Source: Gordius albopunctatus
Taxonomy: Eukaryota
Direction: 5' to 3'
DNA length: 64,000 bases
Assembly: GCA_964276515.1 (NCBI GenBank)
Contig: OZ193909.1
Span: forward strand, 3,720,001-3,784,000
The notes below the pieces were generated by a model. That model did not search any database, was not told the DNA's origin, and saw nothing but the letters and a program-made list of their open reading frames with translations. Shown one piece after another: positions 24,113-37,357 of the stretch. Within the stretch, counting starts at the first letter, position 1, and each line of letters opens with the position of its first letter. The translations under genes were made by a program, and so were the position numbers.

Positions 24113-27100
24113 AACGACGGTCCCAAGTCCGTGTGAAAAAAGTGGAGGGTTGGCGTCAGGTCGGAAGCCGGCTGTAAAAAGCAACTCCAAACACCATGGC
24201 AGCTTCAAATACGAACTTATACCAGAATGCTAGGGCGTCCTCCCCAAACGACGCGCATTGCATCATCCGCCCGTGCAATGTGAAAAGTATACAAGGGTCA
24301 CCGCCTCACTCACAACGAAGGCGGTTAAGGAACCTAGTTGTCAAACGGACAAGAGTGGCTAGCTGGAATGTGGGCACGCTGACGGGGAAGAGCATCGAGG
24401 TTGCGCAGATGCTAAAAAGGCGAAGGATACACATAGCGTGTCTACAAGAAACGCGGTGGCATGGAACAAAAGCCAGGGAGCTAGGAGATGGTTACAAGCT
24501 ATACTACTCGGGTTCCCCATCACGGAAGAACAGGGTCGGTATAGTGCTTAGCGATTCCTTTAAGGACAAGGTAGTTGAAGTCAAACGATGCTCAGATAGA
24601 TTGATGTGCATAAAGCTGGCGGATCAAGGCGGCCTTGTCAATGTTATTTGTGCGTATTCGCCCCAGGTTGGATGTTCCGAAAACGAGAAGGACGAATTCT
24701 ATGAGAAGCTCGAAGAAGAAATACGCTACGTGAAGCCTGACGAGAATCTCATCATCGGAGCAGACTTTATTGGGCACGCTGGGAAAGAAAGGGGCGTGTA
24801 CGAACGAAATCACGGCGGGCATGGCTATGAAGTGAAAAATAAAGAGGGAGAGAAGTTACTACAGATGGCGCAAGCTTACGATATGGCCATTGTGATTACC
24901 TTCTTTCAGAAGCGTACCGAACATTTAGCGACGTACAGTAGTGGAAATCACCTTACACAGGTCGACTACATATTAGTGAAGCGCAAAAATTTGTGGCAAG
25001 TTAAAGATTGCAAGGTTATACCGGGGGAAGAAATCGCCAAACAACATCGGCCAGTTGTCCTCGATATAGCAAGAAAGATTTTTCCCGTAAGGAGAAAAGT
25101 CTATACACCAAGGACAAAGTACGAAAAGCTTAAGGATGATCATGCAAATGAAATGTTTCACACTCGAGCAACTCCGCTCTTGAAGGTTGCAGGCTTGGAG
25201 GGCGACATTAACAAAAGGTGGGGCACCGTTGCAAATGTTCTAAAGGAAACGGCCTTTCAAATATTGGGACGAACTAAGGGCGGCAGAGCTCACAAGCGTG
25301 AACTATAGTGGTGGAATGACTCGGTCAAAGAGGTTATAGAAGAAAAGAAGGCGTTGTACCTACGATGGTACAAAACGAATAAAGGAGAAGACTACGAGGC
25401 ATATCGTGAAGCGAAACGCAAAGCTAAGATAGCGGTCGCGATAGCGAAGAACGACGCTTACACCGAGATGGCAAACAAGCTCGATACCAAGGGCGGCGAC
25501 ATAGTCATGTATAAACTCGCAAATATCAGGGAGAAAAAAAGTCGAGATGTCGGGACACTTAAAGTCATTAAAAGCGAAGAGGGACGAACGTTGTGCAAAC
25601 CGAAGGAAGTCATCAAAAGATGGAAAGATTATTTCCAAAATATGATGAACAAGACGAATGATAGAAGACCGCTAGAGAGGGTGGAACCGAACTGAACTTG
25701 GTTTTACCATTTCAGGCTTATGAAATAGGAGCACAACTAACGAAGATGCGGAAAGGGAAAGCGCTAGGTCCCGATGATCTACCGATCGAAGCTTGGCTTG
25801 GGTGCAAAGGAGAAGAAATCGACATAATGACAGGCCTATTTAACGCTATGCTGTATGAGAGTCGTATCCCAGACCAATGGAGGGAAAGTACGATCATACC
25901 CATATACAAAGGTAAAGGAGACGCACAGGAATGTGGCAACTTTAGAGGTATCAAGCTGACCTGCCACTCACTAAAACTATTAGAAAGGGTGCTAGTGAAA
26001 AGGCTCAATGACGAAGTTTGTCTCTCGCCCAATCAGTTTGGATTTGTGGCCGGTAAATCAACCATGGACCCAATCTTTGCGTTGAAGCAGACGATGGATA
26101 AATATGGCGACATAAGAAAGAAATTACACGTGGTCTTCATCGATTTAGAAAAGGCATATGATACGGTTCCGAGAGACTTAATATGGTGGTCCCTTAGAGC
26201 CAGAAATATACCCGAAGTATATGTTCGACTTATCAAGGAAATGTATAATGGCGCGGTTGCATCTGTTAGGACTACCGTAGGAGTAACGAAACCCTTCCGA
26301 ATAATGATCGGACTACATCAAGGATCAGCGTTAAGCCCATTCTTGTTTAATCTAATTATGGATACAATAACAAAGGACTTGCACAAGCCAGCCCCTTGGA
26401 CTATGCTATATGCCGACGATATTGTCCTATGCGATGAAACAAGAGAAGGGGTTTTTCATCAGGCGAAAAAATGGTCAGAACGTTTCTCGGAATTCGGGTT
26501 AAAGGTCAGTGAGAAGAAAACGGTTTACATGCAAACGATGGGCGGTAGTCCGCAAATGCACAAAATCGACGGTCCAAGCTACACGGAGGTTGATAAGTTC
26601 ACATATCTTGGCTCGCTATTACATCAAGAAGGAGGATGTACCGCCGAAGTCCATTCTCAGATCAAGAAAGCATGGCTCAAGTGGCGTAGCATCTCCGGTG
26701 TCATGTGTGACAAAAAGATACCAATTTGCTTGAAAAGCAAGGCGTACAAAACCATCGTGCGACCGGTCTTGCTTTACGGGAGCGAAACATGGGCTGTAAC
26801 CACCGCGGAGGAGAAACTCTTGCAAGTCACGGAAATGAGAATGGTGCGATGGAGCTTAGGCTACACCAAGCTGGATCGCATGACGAACGAATCCTTGATG
26901 ACAAAGATGGGTATACAAGCGACGAAGGACTTCTTAAGAGAAAATCGACTGCGGTGGTACGGCCATGTATTACGAAGAGACGAAGACGATGTCACACGCC
27001 GAACGCTGGAGATGGACGTGCCTGGAAGAAGAGGAAGGGGCAGACCACGTGCCACCTGGAAACGACTGGTCGAAAAGGATATGGACGTCAAACAGATGGA

Positions 27101-27129
27101 AGATTTTCAACACGATAAAGAAGAAGAGA
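24113..27129 (+). mobile_element. Near full-length RTE-clade LINE nested in the Gypsy RT
   Basis: ORFs 24196-25308 (APE: SWNVGTL, CLQET, AYSPQ, QVDY), 25354-25695 and 25698-27209 (RT: HQGSALSPFLF, LYADD, RLRWYGHV). gataaagaagaagag tail. Confidence 0.92.
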
Positions 27130-29083
27130 ACGTTGGAATAAATTTGGTGCTATCGAAAGTCCAAATGGAAGACGTTTATACAGATAATAACCTAAATGTG
27201 TTGCGATAGTGAGATAATGTCGCAACTTTTCTTCGACCTTCATCTGAAGATAGGGATCACGTAAGTAAATTACTGTATATTTCTGCCCTCCTGCGATCTT
27301 CAGAATTAAATCGTCAAATGTCGGAAGTAGATGGTTGTTTAAAGCTAGGAAGGGATTGATAGTAACTCGAAAATTGCCGCAGATTCTAATGGAAGTATTT
27401 GATTTTAATACATTTACTATTGGAGTTGCCCATGTTATTGGTGTTGCTGCAGGATCAATATGTTCAATTATATCTTCATCCAATAATCTTTTAATTTCCT
27501 CTTCAACTATCTTCCTTAGTAAAAAAGAAACTCTTCGTGCAGGAAATTCTATGGCTTTGGCTTCTTCCTTTACAAAAAGATTTACCTCATAATCTTTATT
27601 ACAGCCAGTGCCATCACTGAACACATTGGTATACTTTTCAACCAATTCCTCTTCTATGTTTTGAGGTTTTTCTTCTATAGCATTAATCTTAACTTGATGA
27701 GGGAGTTTTAGGTTAAAAGCTTGCATCCAATTTAAACCAAATATGGGTTCTTCTTCTACAGTTGTTACAATAGCTGTTAATTTTAAAGTTTTATTGTTTA
27801 AATTTACATAGACTTGTGTTTCTCCACATATAGGAACTGGATTATTTCCAAAAGCTTTTATCTTGGGGCATGGTGTTAATTTAGGTGTATTTAAAATGTT
27901 GTAGATATTCTTGTTGATTACGGATACTGACTAGTCAGTATCATATAACATTTTGAAAATTTTCTGATTTATCCTTACATGGATGTATGGTTTAAGGTGA
28001 ATTACATTATTTAAGTCATAAATTTTTCCAATTGTATTAATAATCTGGTTTACTTTGTTTGAGGTTTTGCACATTTTTGCAAAGTGTCCTCTATGATGAC
28101 ATATGGAACATTCTTTTAAAAATGCTGGACATTGCTTCATTGCATGTGACTTACCACATCTATAGCAATTTCTTATGAATGATTGTTGATGTTCATGCTT
28201 CTTTGTAGCAAATTATTTTATTGATTACCTATTCTTTTGATTTGAGTACATTGGATTTGGTTTTTTATAATTTTGAATTTTTTTCAAATCTTGTGATGTG
28301 TTAACTTCTTTATTAGCTGTCTCCATTGATTCAGCTAGATTGTATATATCATTAAATGTTACCCCCTCGCCCTCTTTCTTTAAAGCTTCAGGCCATCTTG
28401 TCCTGACATCAATTTCCAATGATAGATTTTGATAACCATTTAAGAGTTGGTCACGGAGCCGTTCATCTAAATTAGTTTTGAAGTCACAATTTTCTGCAGA
28501 TGATTTTAATATTGTTACATACTCAATCAGAGTTCATCATTTCTTTTAAGACATCTCATGAATTGTAATCTAGAGTGGAAAATTGTACATTTTTGTTGGA
28601 ATACCTTTTTTATTTAAGTTTATTAAGTCCTGATATTTAAGCAAGGATATATCTTCAGGGTATAGGAAATTTATTAAAGTTTCAATATTCTTTTGACCCA
28701 TGTATCCCAATATGATTTTGCATCGAGTAGCTTTAGGCACATTTTTAGCCTCAAAAATATTAGGGATAGCTATTATGTATATTGAAATATTATCACCTTG
28801 TTTAAAATTAGATATTCCCACAGTCTCCATTTTCAGAATAGTTTTTTTCTCGACCGCGCCAATATACTAATTCACATATGTTTTAAATCAAAAACCAATT
28901 ATATATTTTAATCCACATGGTATATATAAAACTGATATTACTAATTACGCTATATATTACACGTATAAACGTAGCATATTTGCTATGCACTTTATGGGCG
29001 AGAAAGGTGGGAAGGGACGAAAATGTCTGTCGGGGGGGGGGGGTATAAAATGCAAAATGATTAGTTATTAATTTATATAAATA

Positions 29084-30400
29084 CTAGCTGTGCCCGGCCA
29101 AGCGTTGCTTTGGCTTAGTTCTTATCTGGCTAAATAATTGATATCTATCAATAGAAAATTATGGGTAGGTGGTCATGATTGAAATAAGAATGGAGCGTAG
29201 TGACAATGTTGGCCTATAAAATGACAATACACTAATCATTTATTAATTTCATTCTTTGTACTTTATTAAATCATTTTTGCTACCTATATATACATCAAAT
29301 TATGACGATTCAAAAATAATTCATCACCAATCTCTAAGTACGATGAAGTATATAATATTTTTGGGTAGTCGGTCTTTAGTCAACACAAACAAACTGGATG
29401 GTTTACCCACGCGAGAACATGCCACATATGGTTTTCCCTAAGAAAAGCATGTTGTGGCAAAATTTAAGCTACAAATAGACATCGTTTGGCCTTGCGCCTT
29501 ATTTATTGTCATGGCGAATGCCAATCTAATTGGAAATTTAATGCGTTTGAATTCAATCGGCATATATGTGGGAATCATAGGGATTCGTGGCAGCTTACAT
29601 GTTCACATTGGACCTTGCGATTCAAAATGCTGACTTCGAGTTTTTCATTAATATTTTAATGACATAGCCAATGCAATGCCATTTTTGTATCGTATCTCGG
29701 CAAGAATTATCGAAATGAGAAAAATTTTGCCAGTTCCACCTGATGCATATAAAAAAAGAAACCCATTGTCCTGACGAAACTATCAGCATAATGCGGTCGT
29801 AAATGGATTTTTTTTATTAAGATAGTGGTGGGACATTGCGACTAACAATCGCTGCCATTTCTAAAGTATTATACTGCAGTTCAAGACTCATATCAGTGTT
29901 GAGTAAATCAGATGTACATTGATTTGGTTAACTCATACCAAAATGTCTAATTTTAAAAACATACAGTCAACACTATAGCGAATAGTTGACGAATTTGTGT
30001 TCCTGTATAGTTTAATGCTGCTTCAGTAAGAGTACTGTCCTGATAGTTGTCGTCTTCTAGTAAGCCTAATGTAGGGCATGCATCTTTATACGCTAGATAC
30101 TGTTGTCCGTTTACTTTACATATATCGTGAAATGACAATGAGCCAGTGCCATTAACCAACACCAGTCGCAGTTGAAAGAACTAAGTCTGCATTGGATTCA
30201 CTGTATATACACTACGGCGATGATGATTAAAATATTCACATGGGCCATGATTATGTTTGTAGTAACAATATCAAACAATAATTTATCAGTACACGGATTT
30301 GGAATTTCTGCATAAATTAAACTATCAATGTCTTCAGGAGGTATTTTGTCGATGAACTAAATCAAAATGTGAGCAAGTGCTAATCCTCGTGTTGCATGTT
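29084..30400 (-). mobile_element. Degenerate Helitron 3' portion (PIF1-like helicase remnants)
   Basis: FPIRLAFAMTINKAQGQT and YVACSRVG remnants, plus LGLLEDD in ORF 29953-30162. 3' terminus GGCCGGGCACAGCTAG|T at 29084. Confidence 0.8.
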
Positions 30401-30769
30401 GCCAATTAATTTATTGAAGTAATCTAATTAGTGGTGGGAATAAAATTTAATTTAATTAGTGGTGTGAATAAAAGGTTGAGAAACTATTTATGGTCTGTGG
30501 GAGATTCCTAATTAATGGTTTGTTTAAGGCACTAACTAGAAACAGGCGAATATGTTAAAGGCATTCCTCATGCAAATTGAGATGTGCAGTACATCAACCT
30601 GTCGTAAGGTTAAGGGCATCCCTAATGCAAATTGAGAAATGCAGTACATCGACAGGGTTTAAATAGCTGTATTTTTACCCTGCAAATAATAATGTATTTT
30701 TTTCTTACTTAGAACTCGGTTGTACTGTTGCAACTATCTCCGAAAACATTACACCACCCCGAATCCAAT

Positions 30770-31920
30770 ACTTTTATTAGTCCTTCCACATCACCCAATC
30801 TCACCTATTTTGCGCACTTATATTTCGACCTCCCACAAATAATTGATATCGTTTAACGCTTGCATTTAAATCCAAGATATTTTTGTCTTGACAATTTGAT
30901 TAAATATCATTATAAGTTATAACTCGTATTCGTCCATTGGATTTCTTTGGTGAACAATAAACTGATTATCAAATTTCAAAGTACAGATAGTGATAGCGGA
31001 ACTTAAAACTCGCATTTGCCACTCATTCGAATACATCCAGCAACGTGCGGGGCCAAATATTATTGCGGATTTTTTGACTCTTATAAATTATTATATAAGA
31101 TATAAATTGGTCATAATGGAACCAATTTTTTATCTCATTGTTATGAAGAGCAATGAACTTAGGGCCGATCCTTGATGCACACCGACATTTAGACTGAATC
31201 ACTTTGATGTAACACTGGATGTACGAACTTTGGTTTTTGCGTTTCTATAGATATTATTTATTAACATTATATAAGCGTCGGGTACACCATTGGAACTCAG
31301 GCTATCCCATATCCTGCCTTGGCACTTTGTCGAAAGCTTTCTCAAGATCGATGAAACACATATCAAGATCCTTTTGTTTTTCCTTATATAATTCCATAAG
31401 TCTTCTAAGACCATGTATTGCATCTGAAGTCGACTTTCCAAGCATGAACCCAAATTTTCGTTCATCTATTGATATTATTTTCCGGAGTTTTAGCTTCTAT
31501 AGCCTTTTCCCACGCCTTCATTACGTGACTTGTTAACTTTATCCCCCGATAGTTATTGCATTCCTTTACATCTCCCTTCGTTTTATATATTGCTATAACA
31601 TAGCTTTCCCTCCGCACATCAGCAATGAAACCTCTTGCAAGTATTTTGTTGAACAGCTTTGCAAGTAGATTTACACCTAAGGGCCCTAGCATTTTGAAAC
31701 TTTCCATAGGTATATTATCAGGTCCCACCGCCTTATCCATGGTCATCTTTTAAGCACCTGGTCAACCTCTTTCTCCGTCACTTCTAACTTTGGGTCATAT
31801 TCATAGGTCTTGCTTTCGCAATGGTCCGAACCACATTTTCAGATCCTTCTTTCCTCTTCTTTACTGGTTAACTTGGCATTCAGATTTTTGTAGACCTCTG
31901 TTTTAGCCTTGGCTATACAA
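30770..31920 (-). mobile_element. Decayed RTE LINE fragment
   Basis: KAVGPDNIP, ECNNYRGIKL, FIDLEKAFDKVPR and VHQGSAL remnants. Confidence 0.8.
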
Positions 31921-32929
31921 CAAGCAATCATCTAAACTAATTTTGTGTTACATATATTTTTGTTTATAAATTTCAAAAAAATTGATTATAATGCGTCTCG
32001 GTCGATCGTCTTTAATCTGGGCTTGAATATCTTCCCCGAAATAAAACATTTCAAAACTCGGCTTCGATTAGTAAATGCAAAAACGGTCTATTGAAAAACA
32101 TATTTTAAATGTTCTATCTTAGAGAGCTCCACCAGTGGCAGCTGCCCCTTTACTTCTTCTTTGTTCATTTGAAAATTGACTTTATGAACCATTTTATCCA
32201 AAGACAAGGCTCGTGATTTGACAATATTGTCCAAACCATGGCTGGAAACATGCATAATGGAAGTTCAGTTATATACATTTATACATAAAATTTATCTTTA
32301 AATATATATCGATAGTTACTTGAAGATGCAACTTAGATTAGAATTCGCCAATATCGTGTTCATTTGCAAGTTTGTTTTACGTAGTGTTGCGATCTCGTCT
32401 CGTCTAGGTCTCAAAAGCAAAATCTCGTCTCGGGTAGATACAGGTTTGTTGGGGTTCTCACATACAAAATATTTTATCTTTTAATGCAGATAATGTTTTT
32501 GTAATTAAGAAACAATATCATAATTAAAATTATATGTTTCTGAATAAAACTTTGAATTCTGAACTTAATAATGTCCGAAGAACTGAGATATATCAACATT
32601 TATTGGCACTTTGTTAAAAGTATTTTCAGTTTTCTCCTTATTTAACGCGCAAAAAATGACAAAATTAGATTTTTTAATTTATTTAGCCACGCAGGAGGGG
32701 ACAAGACCGTCCTATAATAATAATAATTGGTGTGAAAAATAAGCAAAAAAATGAATTTGATTTAATGTTTCAAATCGTAAAATGTTTCCATTTTCCGCAG
32801 CACATGCCTACATTTATCACAATACACTACCTACACGCATGACGTTTTAGAAAATACTATAAGTGATACATTTTTACTAAAGAATTGTATAATCAAATTC
32901 GTGTTCTTTGAAAATTTGAATATAGCATG

Positions 32930-34883
32930 GACACCGTACTCTGGTTGAAGTTTTTTGATTGGTGTCTTCTTTGGAATTAAGGGCGAATAGACTCCAATCT
33001 AGTATAAAATATAATTTTGTCAAAATATTTCCATATATTACCTAGCCATAACCCATTTTTTCCATTGAGTGTCTGGCAACTTAAACCAGAGTCTTTCTGT
33101 CACTACTGACGACAGAATTAATGCATCGTCACCTAAAAATTTTTTATCATTAAGAGTAGTTGATTAAATTGCTAAGTCTCATTTACTTGGCTGTTCGTCC
33201 TCTTTTATTTCTACAACCCTAGATTTATCTACTATAGGATCTTCTATTATTTCGGCTGCAATAAAATAAGTGACATAAAGTAAAATTATATTTAAGCATA
33301 AAACAGTAAAAGTTTAAATGTCGAGCAACCTGTTGGTTGAACCAAGGGATTGACCTTGGTGTCCCTCTCGCTAGGAAAATCTTAAATATTAATTAATAAA
33401 TAATGAAAGAATATATACCCTCATCCAAATTTTGTTTATATTTTTTAAGAATGCTTCCATTGAATCTTTTTTAAAGTTATTCCTAACATATTTTCTACGG
33501 TATAAGTGCCTAAATAAAAACCAAAAATTAAACACTCAAAATATGTCTAACCTTTAAAGAAATCTAGAATTTTTTAGGGTCCCAACCATGAAGAAGAGGT
33601 TTTATCTCCTTTCCTGTCAGTCCTTTTCATGTTATAGGCGAGTACCATAGCGCCATTTCTAAAGGCATATGATACTTGGTGCCTTTTCTCGTGGGCTTTC
33701 TTTTGTCTTCTTTGTGCTTTCATAATATTTATGCTAGCGCATTCATAGGCACGGCGAGCGATAGTGGCCACACGGTCAAGATTAACATCAACTTCAGGTG
33801 TTATGCCAACGGCAACCTCGTCGGATTCAGTCGCTATCTCCAAGTCTGTTTTAAAAACGGGCCTAGGCGGTCTAATAGATAACAAAATATTGGGGTACAT
33901 GTACAATAATACGTTTTGTAATATAACGATTAAACATCAAAAAATAGGGGGTCATTTTTGTTGATGATTGGACCGCCGTGTTCACAGGATATGTTACCCC
34001 AGGTAACGCGGACTCCCAGTTATCACAATTGCCCTTAAGGACTTTATTGAGGCCCGTCAATAAAGTCCTATTCATCCGTTCAACCAGGCCATTTGCTTGG
34101 GGGTGGTAGGCCGTGGTGACCCTTTGTTTAATACCCGTGACTTTATAAATTTCCTCGGTAACGGAATTAACAAATTCTCTACCCTGGTCATTTATTAAAG
34201 CCTATTAAAATGTGATCATAATTTAATATACCTCAGGATATCCCCATTCAGAGAATATCTGCAAAAGGTTGCTAGTGACCTCTTACATGGTGTGGGTTTT
34301 TAAAGGCCTTGAAATGACGTATTTTGTGAAGTAGTCAATAACGACTAAAAAGCAGTTGAAAGCAGGCACACTGGAGGGCATATTGCACAGATCCATCCCT
34401 AGTAATCGCCATGGCGAGGAAGAGATGGAAACAGGATGCAATTCAGGCGTTGCCTTATCAATTTTTGCAGCATATTTTTGACATACTGCAAGAATTAATA
34501 TAGGCCGTAACATTCTCACTAATGCGTGGCCACCAATAGCTTTATAAAAACTTAAGTCGATAAAAAATAAATACCTTTCACAAATCTTGGCTCGCGCACG
34601 ATTAATGCCCAGATGTGAAGCTAAGCTTTCTCCCAACAGTGTGTCTTCTATACCATTATGGTATAATCTTAAAACTTTTCTAAGAAAAATAAAATATATT
34701 TTTACAAATACCTGTTTTCTGTCCACATTATTTGCCTACTTTTTTAAGATATAGGAATCCATCTTTTACAAAGTAGCTACTTGTTTTTTTAACAAACTAG
34801 TACTTTTGTTTAGGATTTACACCCATTTGAGTAGTTCCCTTCTCCAAATAATTATTTATTTCTTCACAACCAAAATTTGCCAT
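32930..34883 (-). pseudogene. Intron-containing Gypsy-like integrase/transposase (Ginger/GIN type), disrupted
   Basis: H...HLG...YWW...CxxCQ zinc finger; DDE core (GMDL, NDQGREF, YHPQANGLVE); WLGPx motif. GT-AG introns at 34680-34711, 34540-34574 and 34202-34231. No RT or RNase H upstream. Several stops and frameshifts. Ends not defined. Confidence 0.72.
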
Positions 34884-35996
34884 TCTAGTAAAATATTGAT
34901 AAATTGAAAGATGCTAATAGGAATTATTGCATAAAATACAAGAGATAAGTTGTAAGGCTAAAAAGGTTGTATCGTAACTATTACTACTAGATCTGTATGA
35001 ATATAATTATATCAATTTAAAAGACAGCCAAGATCTGTATAAAAAGCAGAAAATTAATATTTTACATTAATATATTATGTTAGACGGGCCTTGAAATTTT
35101 GAAAACGGGTACGGGCGGGCCGACCTTCTAAAAACGGCCCGTTGCAGATCTCTAGCATCAATAGGCGACATTTTTACATACTCAGCAGATTCAAAATTTA
35201 TTTAGAAAATAGTATGTCAAAACATTAATTAAATGATTTTACATTAACAAATCATCGGAAATGCAACCCACCTCAGGTAACATCCTAGATAGACAATCGC
35301 TGGGCAAAAGAAAATTTAAATGACTATTTCATTACAACTTTCTATCTATAAATATTATTCACCTCTTGATCATAGGTCATATATGCCTAAATATTTCTGC
35401 CGAACCCTGCCCAGTCCGATTTTATAACTAAATTGTCGGCCTGGACCCACTTGAACCCTTCTAAGAGTCCGCCTGGCTGCTCAATTTATTAGAGCTATCC
35501 AAATTTCCAGCCTAAATGATTTTTATATTTTTAGCAGTTATTTTGTTATATTTCGAATTTTTATTTTTGAATTATAACTACGATTAATTATAATAATTAT
35601 ATAATCTAAAAAAGTGACAAAATTTAACGCGACTACACTATACTCATCGGGACAAACCAGAGACGGGAATTTAAATGGAATTAATTTATAGGACATAGCA
35701 TTTTCAAAATTAATTCATCAACTACTGGGTTGGTATCCATAGCAGAATTACTAACATAAATATTATCAATACATTTAGTGTTAAAAAATCTTATTAAAGA
35801 TAATTTTCAATGCCGTTATATATATTTAAAGAAAATTGCAAACGGTGGGGGAAACCAAGGTGTTAGGAATTAGGTTTTAGTGACTTGTGGCCCTAAAAAT
35901 GCCATTGAATACAAAGTAAATATGATGATAAAAATTAGCATTGTTTTTAAACCCAATACATATAAATAAAGATGATAATTTTCCATATTAAAGTTA

Positions 35997-37357
35997 TTAA
36001 TCCAATTTTGTTTCAATAATAGTAGTCCAGCCACCACTAAATACGCGATTTATTAAACCATCAGTTTGTATTTTGGGCAATTTAGTATATTCAGGCACCT
36101 TAAAGTTATCTGTTGGTAGGTTTAGTTGACCATATTTATTCCACCCGCAACCATATAACTCACCAATATCTGTAATTAGTACACAATTTAATAAAAAAAA
36201 TTTAAATACATGAACGATAAATTTTGTCTCAACAAATATAAGGTATTTTATATGCCTTTCAATAACAAAAGTTTTGATAAAAGAGTACAAAAAATATATA
36301 ATTTACAAATTTTTTGATTTAAAATTTTTGTTAAAAACCTGTTAAAGCAACTGAGTGACGAGAGCCACATGCTATTTGGGTAAAAATTGTATCCTCATCT
36401 ATCACTATAGGATGAGGAATAGTTTGTATAGAATATTTTAAGTCATCATGTGGTATATCACATATATTACAATCTTTACATAGGCCTAATTGCCCACTTT
36501 CATTCCAACCCCACATATACATATCACCTGTATCTTGAATATATATAAATTTTAATAAATCATATAACTTACCTGAACTGTTACATATTAATTCAAGTAA
36601 ATATTACTACCTGTTAAAGCAGAATTATGCCAACCACCTGAGGCTATTTTAATTACATTTAATCCAGATAAAGCCTCTAACTTTTGTGGGTAATCATAGC
36701 CCTGAAAGTCACCTAATCCCAATTGCCCATGCCTTAAAAATAAATCAAAAACATAAATTGATTACTTATTACTTCCAAAACTATAAATTTCAGAATTTGT
36801 TAGTAGAAACAACACATGTTCTTTCCCACAGGAAACATATTTAATTGATGGGAGGGTGTAGGTTACACAATTATTTGACAATAAATCAACCTTGTTTTTA
36901 TAAATAAACAAAGTGCTTATGCCCAAATATTATAAGTAAGCATTAGCTTACTTATTTTCTTTAATCAATAATAAAAATTGATCTGTTGAATGTATGCTTG
37001 AAAAGTTAACAAATTTATTACAAACACTAATAGAACCGAATTCATCAACAATTATAACTTGCGACAAGTCATTAAGTATATATAAATCATTTTTAAATCT
37101 AGTTAATCCTTTAATTGATTCTTTGGACTTATAATTGTAATATAATGAATTTATCACATTATCTATTATATTAAAATATTAATTTTAATAAATAAGCAAT
37201 TACTTTTTAAATTTATTAGGTCATCCGTGTATATCAATACATTGTCATAGACAATTCTATTATTAAAGTCGCACTTTAAGGCGCCAAAGCAATGATACAT
37301 CTAAGCATGATTTTAATTTAAATTGCGTTTTACGTAGGCTATGGCTACACTTACCAT
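35997..37357 (-). CDS. RCCD1: RCC1-repeat protein, RCCD1-like. Exons 37357-37355, 37300-37204, 37162-36952, 36915-36766, 36732-36611, 36533-36339, 36169-35997.
   Basis: The spliced frame stays open, with RCC1 blades VSCGKEH...YSFGSNKHGQLG, IASGGWHN...GDMYMWGWNESGQLG, IACGSRHS...GELYGCGWNKYGQL and VFSGGWTT. The WGWNESGQLG and CGSRH motifs match RCCD1 as recalled; not searched. Confidence 0.8.

Larger units (their letters stand above)
18748..28961 (-). mobile_element. Decayed Ty3/Gypsy LTR retrotransposon with about 100-bp LTRs, carrying a nested Helitron and RTE
   Basis: LTRs at 28863-28961 and 18748-18848. 5-bp TSD CGTAT at 18743-18747 and 28962-28966. PBS-like TGGCGCGGTCG and PPT-like aatagggagaa. 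Remnants of gag CCHC (27931-28140), RT (27088-27726), RNase H (23312-23653) and integrase (22326-22847). Confidence 0.88.

Noticed and set aside
10300..25320. Stop codons at conserved Trp positions (TGA in the CRE RLE, TAG at 25306 in the RTE) suggesting an alternative genetic code
   Set aside because: Both TGA and TAG arise from TGG by single transitions in decaying TEs, and the intact genes translate normally in the standard code.
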